NCBI GenBank assembly: GCA_002269645.1
Contig: NIVC01000202.1
Coordinates: 496,001-560,000 of the forward strand
Reading direction: 5' to 3'
DNA: 64,000 nucleotides
Origin: Macrostomum lignano
Taxonomy: Eukaryota
How positions within the stretch are numbered: the stretch's first letter is position 1; each line of letters starts with the position of its first letter. Below are positions 12,146 to 23,398 of this stretch, piece by piece. The notes beneath the pieces are model-generated. The model was given only the letters and a program-made list of their open reading frames with translations. It was not told where the DNA came from and did no database searches. The position numbers and the translations under genes are program-made.

Positions 12146-13309
12146 TCAGCTGCACCAGTCAGGGCAACCAGACGGCGATAGCAGAGCGGCCGCCAGAGCG
12201 TTAGCAAAATTGTGACAGTTGTTGCACAACAAGGTATAATTGCCATGCACCTGCTTGTAGCTCTGGGCGCAACGTCGGGCGCAGGCTAAACCACCAGGCG
12301 CGTCGGGTCTGGCGCCGGCGCCAAGACTGCGCAGAATACCGTTAGAGCATCGGTCGGAGGCGAACGGCCGGTCGTGCACCATCACGGAGCTTGATTGACT
12401 GTCGCCGATGAATTCGAATACAAGATTGGCGTAGCGGATCCAGCTGTGCCGGAACGGGTTCCAAGGGAAGGCGTACCAGTGCTGGTGAAAGATCCAGCAT
12501 TTGTTGGCGCCAATGGATGACGGGCGTTGCGTGATGCTGTTGCCAAGGCAACTTGCTGGCCAGGTGCCGCCTAGAAAGACATTGTTGTCATCTGGTCCAA
12601 CCTGAGCAGAGGAGTGAGAAGATTAGCTGAAGATTAGCCTATTAGCTGAGTATAGGGGAGTGAGTAGATCAATGAGTTGAGTAAAGGAGAGTGAGCAGAT
12701 CAATCAGTTGAGTATAGGAGAGTGAGCAGATCAATCAGTTGAGTATAGGAGAGTGAGCAGATCAATCAGTTGGGTATAAGAGTGAGTAGATCAATCAGTT
12801 GAGTATAGGAGAGTGAGTAGATCAATCAGTTGAGTATAGGAGAGTGAGTAGATCAATCAGTTGGGTATAGGAGAGTGAGTAGATCAATCAGCTATTAGAA
12901 TAGGAGAGAGTAGATCAATCAGCTATTAGAATAGGAGAGTGAGTAGATCAATCAGCTATTAGAATAGGAGAGTGAGTAGATCAATCAGCTATTAGAATAG
13001 GAGAGTGAGCAGATCAATCAGCTATTAGTATAGGAGAGTGAGCAGATCAATCAGCTATTAGAATAGGAGAGTGAGTAGATCAATCAGCTATTAGAATAGG
13101 AGAGTGAGCAGATCAATCAGCTATTATAATAGGAGAGTGAGTAGATCATGACTAAAGTAGGGCAATAACGTGAGCAAATAAGCAAAAAATTGAAGCAACC
13201 GAAGCAATGTTTCACCAACCAGTAAACCTTGTTCAAGCGACAGGCCAGCCGAGGCAACAGCTGACAAAATGATTAGTGTTGGAACTGAGAGCTGACTCAG
13301 AATTGCCAT
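12146..13309 (-). CDS. Secreted permuted papain-like (PPPDE/DeSI/LRAT-type) protein, 2 exons, ~181 aa
   Basis: Exon 1 13309-13220 (MAILSQLSVPTLIILSAVASAGLSLEQGLL, donor GTTGGT). Exon 2 12601-12146 (acceptor ctgctcag) is open throughout and contains FRHSWIRYANLVFEF and YTLLCNNCHNFANALAAAL, i.e. His before NNC as in permuted NlpC/P60 hydrolases. Exon 1 donor choice is inferred from phase. Confidence 0.65.
12655..13147. repeat. Intronic 31/33-bp minisatellite (GAGTATAGGAGAGTGAGTAGATCAATCAGTT then GCTATTAGAATAGGAGAGTGAGTAGATCAATCA)
   Basis: Tandem units fill the intron of the PPPDE-like gene. Confidence 0.9.
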
Positions 13310-13469
13310 TTGGAGCGCAGAGTATATGAATTCTGATTATAATTCGCGCATGAATTTGCAGTTTATAATACCCAGTTGAGATATGAGAATAATCTTATCA
13401 GCCAATGTCGTCGCACTGCGTTGAGTTGAGTTTGAGTTCGACTCTGAGAACCATGCCGCTCTGTCCCCA

Positions 13470-13720
13470 TATTTCAGGTTAGGGTAAAGTGTTAAGACTC
13501 ACAACTAAAAGGTCGGGGGTTCGATTCACGATCCACTCGGAACTATTTGTGTCCTTGAGCAGAACACTTAACTCTGCATTGCTTCAGCTCACCCAGCTGT
13601 AAAATGGGTGCCAGCATTAGCTGGGGTAATTGAGGCTGTGTGTGGCGACCCCCCCAGTCCTTGGACTGAACAGCCGTACGCAGCCCATTAAGGCAGGTGA
13701 AATCAATTATTATTATTATT
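13470..13720 (+). mobile_element. tRNA-derived SINE, copy 1
   Basis: B-box GGTTCGATTC, central GTGTCCTTGAGCAGAACACTT, (ATT)n tail. Homologous to copies at 21855-22112 and 62375-62545. Confidence 0.8.
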
Positions 13721-14149
13721 AAAACAAAAGACCCACGATAGAAGTCGTTAGTAATGAACTGATTTCTGATTAACCAGCCAGATATAGACATAGCGCTTAG
13801 AAAAGCACAATTATAATTTTATAGAAGCAATTGTTTGCATTGTGAAAACGTAAGCCTTAGGCATGGATTCCAATTACAAATTAATAACTACACCAATTAA
13901 TTACAGCGGAATCAGAGTAAAGTACAGCAAAATACTCGTATGACTATTGGTAATAATACGAGACAATGTCACAGACACAAGCGGGACTATACGAACGAAC
14001 GAACAAAATAACAAGTGTTACGGATAGTATAAAACACTTAATTAAAATGTAAGGACAATAGAGAGTGACCAGCTGCAGCATGAGGCGTTAACACAATTAC
14101 TGAAGTAACAAGAAAGAGAAGCATGGGTAGACACCAACGCAGCCCGGTG

Positions 14150-14640
14150 AAAACGGTTACCCAGGCCAAGAAGCGTCCCAAAGCCACTTGCGCCGCCCCA
14201 AAATCGTTTCAGAGTCGTTGCAGCTAAGGCAGGTAAAATAGGAAAGAACTGACTCTGGACGACTCTGAAACGACGAGATGTCTCGGTCGTCAAGTCGCCA
14301 AAAAATCTATTTGATGCGTTTTATTGTCACCGAGTTGCGTCTAAAGCGCACCTGCGTCACTTTATTAATTCGAATAGCATTTCGCATTCATAACAACTCT
14401 ACTTAGTCTACTTGAGTTAGTAGGAAGTAAAGCGCTAACACAAACGACTCTTGGACAATTTTTTCGCGACTCCTACAATTCTGCAACTCCCGTGATACGC
14501 TCGTGACTCAACAGCCGCCTCTCTGTCGCATTGGAGTCGTTTGAGTCGTTAAAAAGTCACAAGAGTCGCCCCCAGAGTCGCTAGAGCCACTAGTGAGCTG
14601 TTTGCAAGGACTTTCTTAGCAATTCTTGTCACGGTAACGC
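14150..14640. repeat. Dispersed repeat with internal inverted repeats (MITE-like)
   Basis: Left part aligns with 25970-26130 (aaaacggt.acc.aggccaagaagcgtccca...acgactc..aaacgacgagatg). Internal perfect 14-bp IR CGTTTCAGAGTCGT / ACGACTCTGAAACG. Confidence 0.6.
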
Positions 14641-14929
14641 TTTCAAACGACAGGCTGCACCGAATTCAATGCCATTGAACTTGGTCGGACAGAATTTCAG
14701 GACAAAACTAATGAGATCATGCAACCAATGCGTGACTAACTGAAATTGAGCACACCATGCACTATAGTAGGCCGAACTTTACCAATTTACAATGACAAAA
14801 GAGGAGAGAACCAACAAACACAAGAGAACGAATGATTGATCAAAGACAACAGAAAGCGCTTCTGAAGGCCAGCAGGACGCACTTTAAAATAATCACGGAC
14901 GCAGAGAACTGGCGATAGAGCTGGGATGT

Positions 14930-17900
14930 CTACGCTTTGCTCAGCTTCTCAAAAATATTTCCACTTGACTGTCGTTCTGACGCCAGAGGCGGATCTTTTC
15001 TACAAGGCGAAGCTGCTTCTTCCTCCTCGCCATTTTCATCAGCGTCGACATCCGTGTCGGCCATCGGTGGCGGTGTCGGCGTCGGTTCGCCATTGCCGTC
15101 GTCATCGTCCGGGTCGGCATCTGGATCCGCCTCCATAGGCGTATTCGCGTCATCGAATGCCTCCGTTGCTGCGCAATTATTTGCGTCCACATCCGGTTCC
15201 ACTTGCGGGTCCGCATCCGGTTCCACTTCTGAGTCCGCATCCGGTTCCACTTCCAGGTCAGCATCCGCTTCCGCATCCAGTTCCACTTCCGGGTCCGCAC
15301 CCACCTGCTTATGATTATAGATATTTTCTTCCAGCAAAGCACTCTTCCGGGCACAAGAGCTCGCGGAGACCGAACCGTCTTGACTTTCTGAACCGTTCAT
15401 ATCAACCCGATGCTTGCTCACTTCGTCGGCAACATCATCGTCTTCGTCTGACGAAGACGGACAATCGGCAACCAGACTGTTGAACATCGGATCGCGCAGG
15501 CCCGCGCGAAGTTGTCGCCGAATGGTCTCGGCCACTCGCAGCGCCCTGGCCGGCAGCTGTCGGAGTGCGCGAGTCGCTTCGGCAACAGCCTGCTCAGCAG
15601 CCAACGAATTAGTCGAGTCCGCCGTGGCGATGCCGTCGGCATCCGTTCGCCTACGTCGCCGACGTCGAGCCACTTGACGCCGCTGCTGGGTCGGGGCGGG
15701 CGCCGATGATCCCAAATCGATCAGCGTTGCCGCGGCCGCCTCGCCGTCGCCAGCGGCTGTAGCCAGCAGGCCACCGTCGCGCAACTCCCGGCCCAGACGC
15801 CGGTAGTCGCCGTCTGTGAGGCAGATCTCGCTGGGATCGAGGCAGCCGGGTGCCAACGGCTGAGCAGCTGGCGACTCGTCCAGCTGTGGAGCATCTTCGA
15901 ACTGGTCAGCGGCAGCGGGCTTGGACGGCCTCTGCGAGTCTCGCTGCTGTTCAGCTGGCTGAAGCAGCGACCGGAGCAGCTGTTGATTCTCGTAGAACGA
16001 CGGGCCGATGTGAGCGTCGGTCAGGAGGCGCCAGTCCTCCGGCTGCAGTCGGCGCAGTGATTTATTCTTGCGAGTCGGCTTCAACTGAAAAGCGGAGATT
16101 CGCTCCCCAGTTGACAATAAAGATCGTTTCAATTTCTCGCGCCGGACAATCAGATAGCAGAGATTGCGCACGCGTTCCATGTCGTGGCGCAGGCACACGA
16201 ACATCTGGGCTCGCTCCTGCAGCCGGCGCTCCTCCGTGTTCACCGGCCGCAGAGACTGGTCGTCTGGCTGCTCCATCAGTGGCCGGCATCCGTTGGCCTG
16301 TTGAGCAAAAAAGCAACGGTTTAAACTGAGCCACAGGACACTCACTGGCAGGTTAATTGTAAACGAGGACTGAAAGCACCTACCGTTCTCTTCAGCTTCC
16401 AGTAGTCCAGCAGAAGCGACAAGGCGAGCGCGTCAACCTTGACGGGAGCCATCTTAGCGATGAGCTCCTCTTTGCTGAACAGGGTATAGAAATTCGCCTC
16501 CAGCTCTTTCAACCTGCGGGAGGGTTGGGTTGACTTTTAATCTTATTGTCTCGACTCGACTCGAGAAATGAGTTTTTCTGTTTGTCTGTGTGTCAGTCTG
16601 TCTCTCTGTCAGTTTCTTAGTGTCTTAGTGTTTTTCCGTCTGTCTTAGTGTCTGCCTGTCTCTCTGTCTTAGTGTCTGCCTGTCTCTCTGTCTTAGTGTC
16701 TGCCTGTCTCTCTGTCTTAGTGTCTGAGTGTCTCTCTGTCTTAGTGTCTGCCTGTCTCTCTGTCTTAGTGTCTGCCTGTCTCTCTGTCTTAGTGTCTGCC
16801 TGTCTCTCTGTCTTAGTGTCTGCCTGTCTCTCTGTCTTAGTGTCTGAGTGTCTCTCTGTCTTAGTGTCTGCCTGTCTCTCTGTCTTAGTGTCTCTCTGTC
16901 TTAGTGTCTTAGTGTCTGTCAGTCTCTCTGTCATAGTGTCCTAGTGTCTGCCTGTCTCTCTGTCTTAGTGTCTTAGTGTCTGCCTGTCTCTCTGTCTTAG
17001 TGTCTTAGTGTCTGCCTGTCTCTCTGTCTTAGTGTCTTAGTGTCTGCCTGTCTCTCTGTCTTAGTGTCTTAGTGTCTGCCTGTCTCTCTGTCTTAGTGTC
17101 TTAGTGTCTGCCTGTCTCTCTGTCTTAGTGTCTTAGTGTCTGCCTGTCTCTCTGTCTTAGTCTTTTTCCGTCTGTCTGTCTTAGTGTCTGCCTGTCTCTC
17201 TGTCTTAGTCTTTTTCCGTCTGTCTGTCTTAGTGTCTGCCTGTCTCTCTGTCTTAGTGTCTTAGTGTCTCTCTGTCTTAGTGACTGTCTGCCTGTCTGTC
17301 TTAGTGTCTCTTTGTCTGCCTACCTGTCTGTTTTTCCGTTCTTAAATATTTCCAAACAAATCTATCTAAAATCAATTATTAACAATCTACCAAGTCCCTA
17401 TTTGTAAATCAAATTGTCCAAAAACCTTACAGCTGATTTCGCTGATTCTCCTGACCGTCCGGATCGTCGCCAGGATCAGCAGCGGTGGCGGCGGCTCTCA
17501 CAGCAGCTGCCAGAGGGTCATCTTCAACCTGAGCCTCCTTGGCTTCCGAATCCGGCCGAGGCTGCAGCTCGGACTCGAAGCCACCATCCTCGCTAGGCAG
17601 CTCGGGTTTCAGCTCAGCAGCGCCATCTCCGTCAGGAGTCTCAGATTTGACCGCAGTCGACGAATCGATGGCATCTTCAAACATGACGTCTTCATCAAGC
17701 CGCGGCCGCTTCGCATCCAGCAGCGAATCCTGGCTGGCGTCCGGGTCCGCCTCCGCTTCCGCGTCTTCGTCCGCGACTTCCGCCGCAAGCTTTGCCCGGG
17801 CGGCTGATGGCGGCCGGCCTCGCTTCCGACCGCGGCCCCGGCCTCGGCCAGCCCCGGCTGCGCCGCCAGCACCACCGCCGCCGCCTCCGCTAACGCCTTT

Positions 17901-20573
17901 GTACTTCGGCCTGGCTTTGGTAGGCGAGCTGTGCGGAGTGACGCCCGTCTGCCTAAACTTGTCACCGTGCCGCTCGCAGTAGGCCAGGTTGCGGACGTCA
18001 CCGCCTGATAACACCTGAGTTATGGATGCAGGGATGTAGAGGCTGGTTTCTGAGTGCTTGGGATAAAAGCTGGCTATGGGATAACTGACTTGGGATTTGG
18101 CTAAGGGATAACTGACTTGGGATTTGGCTAAGGGATAACTGACTTGGGATTTGACTATGGGATAACTGATTTGGGATTTGGCTATGGGATAACTGATTTG
18201 GGATTTGGTTATGAGATAACTGATTTGGGATTCGGCTATGGAATAACTGATTTGGGATTTGGCTATGGAATAACTGGTTTGGGATTTGGCTATGGAATAA
18301 CTGATTTGGGATTTGGCTATGGAATAACTGGTTTGGGATTTGGCTATGGAATAACTGATTTGGGATTTGGCTATGGAATAACTGATTTGGGATTTGGTTA
18401 TGAGATAACTGATTTTGGATTTGGCTATGGGATAAATGATTTGGGATTCGGCTATGGAATAACTGATTTGGGATTTGGTTATGAGATAACTGATTTTGGA
18501 TTTGGCTATGGGATAACTGATTTGGGATTTGAGTATTGGATAACTGATTTGGGATTTGGTTATGAGATAACTGATTTTGGATTTGGCTATAGGTTAACTG
18601 ATTTGGGATATATTAGTCAATGGGATTTCTAGTTTTGAATCAAGCAAGAGCACAATCGGGATAAAAGCAACTGTTCACCTGTCTCATGACCAGCTTGTGC
18701 CTGAAAGCGCAGGTAACGTGAAAAGCCACTTTGCACTGCTTCACGCAGCACTGAATGCAGGCACCGACTTTCTCGCGGCACAGCCGGCACACCAGATTCC
18801 ATCTGCCAGTTGGAATCTCATTCAGCCTAGTGATTGGCTCCATTCGCTCAGGATCGGCAAATCCAACCTCTGGGATCCACAGGGCGCAGGACACGTGACA
18901 CCAGGTGGCGCCGTCTCTCGTAGATTTCATAGCGCCGCCGCTGCTTGAGCACAGGGCGCAGATTGGTCGGACGCCCAGGCTGCAGGGCCGGCACAGCCAG
19001 CTGCCGCTGGGCACCGAGGCCACACCGTAGCAGGCCTGGTGCACCGGGGTGTCGCAACCGTCGCAGAATAGAATCTCGTTGTCCTCTTCGACTTCGAGCG
19101 ACTGGCAGACGCTACAAGGCACCGTGGTGTCGTACTCGATGCCCAGGCCGGCCACGGTGCGGAGACGGTCCAGCATGCGCTCGTGCGCCAGTGATTCCGC
19201 GGCGGTGAACACGGCTTCCAGACTGTCCAGCGACACCGAAGCCAAGCCGGACGTCGCGTCGATCCAGCGTCGGTCGAGCTCGTCGGAGCAGTAGAGCCGG
19301 CACCGGGGCTCCGGTTCCCCTGGTCGAATAGCGACAGGCCCGGTGGAGGTCTCCTGGGTGTCCGGGTCAAACGTGTAGTCGTCAAGGCTGGTAAGCAACT
19401 TCTTCGGCAGGCGCCACTTGGGCGTCGGCGTCAATTCGACGTCCACGCTGTCGCATTCGACTAAGCAGTCGTCGGCTTCCAGATAGCGGACAGACGGCTT
19501 TGGTTGCTCCTGCCTGGCGAGGACGGGCACCTGAACTCCGCGCTGCCATTCGTGACGCCAGGGATCTGACACCTGGGGATCGAGGCCGGATACTATGCAC
19601 TTCTGTGTTTTAGGGGTAGCTAGGAGTGGGATGGCCGCTTGGTGGGGTAGCTAGGAGTGGGATGGCCGCTTGGTGGGGTAGCTAGGAGTGGGATGGCCGC
19701 TTGGTGGGGTAGCTAGGAGTGGGATGGCCGCTTGGTGGGGTAGCTAGGAGTGGGATAGCCGCTTTGTGGGGTAGCTAGGAGTGGGATGGCCGCTTGGTGG
19801 GGTAGCTAGGAGTGGGATGGCCGCTTGGTGGGGTAGCTAGGAGTGGGATGGCCGCTTGGTGGGGTAGCTAGGAGTGGGATGGCCGGCTGGTGGGGTAGCT
19901 AGGAGTGGGATAGCCGCTTTGTGGGGTAGCTAGGAGTGGGATGGCCGCTTGGTGGGGTAGCTAGGAGTGGGATGGCCGGCTGGTGGGGTAGCTAGGAGTG
20001 GGATAGCCGCTTGGTGGGGTAGCTAGGAGTGGGATGGCCGCTTGGTGGGGTAGCTAGGAGTGGGATAGCCGCTTTGTGGGGTAGCTAGGAGTGGGATGGC
20101 CGCTTGGTGGGGTAGCTAGGAGTGGGATGGCCGGCTGGTGGGGTAGCTAGGAGTGGGATAGCCGCTTGGTGGGGTAGCTAGGAGTGGGATGGCCGCTTGG
20201 TGGGGTAGCTAGGAGTGGGATGGCCGCTTTTCAAGGTGGCTTGACTAGAAATAAGATAGTAGCCTTAATATTAGTACTTAAAAAACAGAAATGATTGTGG
20301 GAACTCTGCCCAAGTCTTCATCCAGATACAGTAAGGGGTGGCCACAATACATCATATATCATTAGTAAAGCAAACCTTTAACGGCCGCTTAGTAGGCAGC
20401 TGCTCAATGTCGGCCACCTTCATCCGGCTCACGTAAGCTGCATCGAAGCATTCGGCCACCGAGGATTGGCTCTCAGTGTCGAATTCGCGCCAACGGCGCA
20501 GGCGCGCCTGCCATAAAGCCAGTTGGCGCTCCCCGCTAGCGCCAGTTGGACTGCCTCTGGCGTTATTGTTCAT
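14930..20573 (-). CDS. JADE: JADE-family (PHF15/16/17) PZP-domain chromatin protein, 5 exons, ~1057 aa
   Basis: Exons 20573-20376, 19572-18679, 18014-17431, 16513-16384, 16297-14930 (3174 nt, phases consistent). EPL motifs (VSRMKVADIEQL; DPWRHEWQRGVQVP); PHD-Zn knuckle-PHD (IEYD...CSVC...FCDGC...VHQACYG...WLC...WCHVSCALWIPEVGF...CIQC...AFHVTCAF...YCERH); then DYWKLKR..N..RPL and LRHDMERVRNLCYLIVRREKLK. No bromodomain or PWWP, so JADE rather than BRPF. Confidence 0.92.
16590..17320. repeat. Intronic 24-bp minisatellite (GTCTTAGTGTCTGCCTGTCTCTCT)n
   Basis: Tandem units in JADE intron 3. Confidence 0.93.
18075..18610. repeat. Intronic 27-bp minisatellite (GGATAACTGATTTGGGATTTGGCTATG)n
   Basis: Tandem units in JADE intron 2. 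Confidence 0.93.
19612..20228. repeat. Intronic 31-bp G-rich minisatellite (GGGGTAGCTAGGAGTGGGATGGCCGCTTGGT)n
   Basis: About 20 tandem units in JADE intron 1. Confidence 0.95.
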
Positions 20574-21268
20574 TTTTTAAATTACTTGAACAGAAACCTC
20601 ACTTATGCTACTATTAAGTAGTTCAACCAGCTACAGCCCTGTTGATAATTCAAAAAAGTGATTAGAAATTCCGCCGCGAAGCTACGAAAATCCGGCAGCG
20701 GTCAAACGAAGACATCTCAATCTGGAATGGGATTAAAATGAAAGCTAGAAATTGAAAAAATTTAACTTTCTACTTATTAAAGTAGTGTGGTTAGCAAAGT
20801 TGTGGCACTAATTTTAAATGCAATAAAAATAAACAAACCAATTGTTCAAACAATCTAAGAAAAGAGGCAATTATCTCTTCCCACAGAAGTTATGAATTGT
20901 ATTTTGTTTCAAATACAAAAGCAAAAACACGGGGAAAAAGCAGACATTGCAACGCAAACAAATAACATACAAATGGCATTTAAGCGAGCTGGCAGATTTT
21001 CGCTTACATAATTTTAGTTAATTTTTATTTTATACAGAATTAGTAACGAACACAAATGCCAGACTGACTCTGATATCATATAGACACCCCACGAATATTA
21101 GTAGCTGAACTAGACATTACTCAATCATAGCAACCCGCATTTTTTAGTAGACCATCAAAGCTAAAAATATACTATACTATATACTAAAGTTACACAGAAT
21201 GGTAAAATTTGCCCAACATCATATGGTCTCCACCCGATGGAGATTAAATAACGCTTTCCCAAGGCGGT

Positions 21269-21727
21269 TTAAGCCTGAGCCCCGCGACTACTGTTGCCAT
21301 GGTAGCCGCCTCTGCCTCCGCCTCCGCCGCCGCCACGGCCCCCGACACCGCCGCCTCCCCGAGGGCCGCCGGCAGCTCCGCGTCCGCCGCCGCCGCCTCG
21401 TCCGCCGCCGAGTTTGCCGCCGCCGCGGCCGCGTCCGCCGCCGCCGTCCGCATTGCGATTCTGATTGCGAACCTTGGTCTGCTCCTCCTTCACTAAGTCG
21501 ACAACTTCGTCGGGTATGCGCAGGTATTTAATAGTTGAGCCGCGAATGTAACACTCGGGCACCTTCCAGAACCGGTCGCCGTCTCTAGAGGTGCAAATCA
21601 CCTCGCGCAGGTTGAGATTCATCCAGTGATCGCAGCTCACCAGATGCCCATTGTAGGTTTCGCCATTTTTTAACTCCACCAGCATTGGGTGGTTCACGGC
21701 CGCCATTAGCAGGTTGTGCGGCAGCAT
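21269..21727 (-). CDS. LSM4: U6 snRNA-associated Sm-like protein LSm4, intronless CDS
   Basis: [75 protein letters not shown] plus RGG tail. ATG at 21727. Confidence 0.97.
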   Translation of the reverse strand: MLPHNLLMAAVNHPMLVELKNGETYNGHLVSCDHWMNLNLREVICTSRDGDRFWKVPECYIRGSTIKYLRIPDEVVDLVKEEQTKVRNQNRNADGGGGRGRGGGKLGGGRGGGGGRGAAGGPRGGGGVGGRGGGGGGGRGGYHGNSSRGAQA

Positions 21728-21854
21728 GGCAACGGTTGATGAAGGCACGTGTATACACAGCTGGCTGCCGAATAGAGTGGCGACTAGCTAGGCATAAAAA
21801 GTCCGCAGGGTTGATGGGATACTACTTGAAGTAGAATGCAGTTACTATCATAGT

Positions 21855-22112
21855 AATAAATAATAATAATAATAATAATAATAATTGATTTCACCTGCCG
21901 TAATGGGTAGCTCATGTGGGGGGGGGGGTCGCCACACAGCCTCAATTACCTCAGCTAATGCTGGCACCCATTTTACAGCTGGGTGAACTGAAGCAATGCA
22001 GAGTTAAGTGTCTTGCTCAAGGACACAAATTGTTCTGAGTGGGATCGGGAATCGAACCCCCGACCTTTCAGTCGCGAGTCCGACCCTTTAACCACTAGGC
22101 TACAACCCCGGC
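21855..22112 (-). mobile_element. tRNA-derived SINE, copy 2 (most complete)
   Basis: Minus strand begins GCCGGGGTTGTAGCCTAGTGGTTAAAGGG (A-box), then GGGTTCGATTCC (B-box), central domain and (ATT)n tail. Confidence 0.85.
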
Positions 22113-22723
22113 CTACTCTTGCTAGGTTACTACTCCTAAACTATTAATTGATAACACCGCTTGAAAATTAGACTGACAGAATTCCCTTTGCCCCTGACTA
22201 CTGTGGATTTGAGAAATTCCCCTTTGTCTCTAACTAATATATATCTGAAAAATTCCCCTGACTGAAACCTCACCTGAATACCTGGATAAACTTTTCCCTC
22301 TGTTCCTGTCTGTAAACCCGTACTATACTACCAGGGTAAGTCAAATCTAGTAAAATCTTACACTCTCTGAAGTTATAAAAGAATTCAAATATAATAATTA
22401 AAGCAACACTTATGCATAATGAACTGTCACAACGCATCATTCATCAATGCAAGTAAAAATGCGATATGTACTATTATTATTGCAAGGCATTATGAAACGA
22501 TAAATATAAGTTTTTTAGCCGCAAGCAATGGGAAAGACAAACAAGTGCAGTTGAACAGGCTGAAACCTCTAAGCGTTTGTTAGTTTTGTTTTGGGGAATA
22601 AATGCAGGATTTTGATTGGTTGCTTGCCTTTTGTCTGTCTATGTCTATGGGCAAGACTAAATCTACTGCTGCCAAATGGGAATTCTAAACTTGCCTGACA
22701 AAAGCAATATAAGATATTCGACG

Positions 22724-23099
22724 ATTCTGTCAGAAGGTCGGATTTTTCACGTATAAGCGCTGGTGTGTTCATTACAGCCCTGAGCGACAATCAGCACTGC
22801 GCCTCAGTGCAGCCTTGCCAAGCCTCCAAATTTCATCAGCACGTCCGATCACATGTGTCTGCATCAGCTCTGAATACATTGGTCACTGGCCTTCAGCCAG
22901 GCGGAGCTTCTGGACCTTCAACAAGGTGGCACCAGGTGACCATGGACACCCCCTGTAGCGAATATTTCTCTAGTTTTGCTGATCAAGCCTCGACAGTGGG
23001 CAAGCCTCAACTGCTGGACATCCTCAGCTGGTCTCTCAAGCATTCAGTCAAACACCTTCAATTAGCGCTTATGAAAAACATCCGACCTTCTGGCAGAAT
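22724..23099. mobile_element. Inverted-repeat (MITE/foldback-like) element
   Basis: ~37-bp imperfect IR: ATTCTGTCAGAAGGTCGGATTTTTCACGTATAAGCGCT / AGCGCTTATGAAAAACATCCGACCTTCTGGCAGAAT. No clear TSD. Confidence 0.5.
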
Positions 23100-23398
23100 T
23101 GTTGAACATCTTGGCGACTTGGCTCTTTTTGAGAATTTCGTGTGCCTGCGTTGCTTTGTCTTGGCGCACAAAAAAGGTCTACTGTTAATCCGCATCTTCC
23201 GCATCCTCATATATACCGTGGCGAAGATGGAATTTGCTATCAGGCATCAAGGAAAGTGTCATCGAGGGGTCGTAGTATAATCTTGCTCTCGAAGGGGCCT
23301 AATGTTCTAGTCTATACAACTAAATCGCAATACCTAATACTAACCTGTACTTCAAGAAGCCCAAAGAGAAGCCCAAAGTGAGTTAAACATCCACGCGT

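Noticed and set aside
18144-18632. ORF of GYGITDLGF repeats as a structural (eggshell/adhesive) protein
   Set aside because: It lies inside JADE intron 2 on the opposite strand, starts at a non-ATG codon, and is simply the 27-bp minisatellite.
14930-20573. BRPF/peregrin assignment
   Set aside because: No bromodomain or PWWP domain follows the PZP; the motifs fit JADE.
22012-22112. tRNA gene
   Set aside because: A and B boxes are present but the sequence continues into a SINE body and tail found in three copies, and there is no complete cloverleaf.
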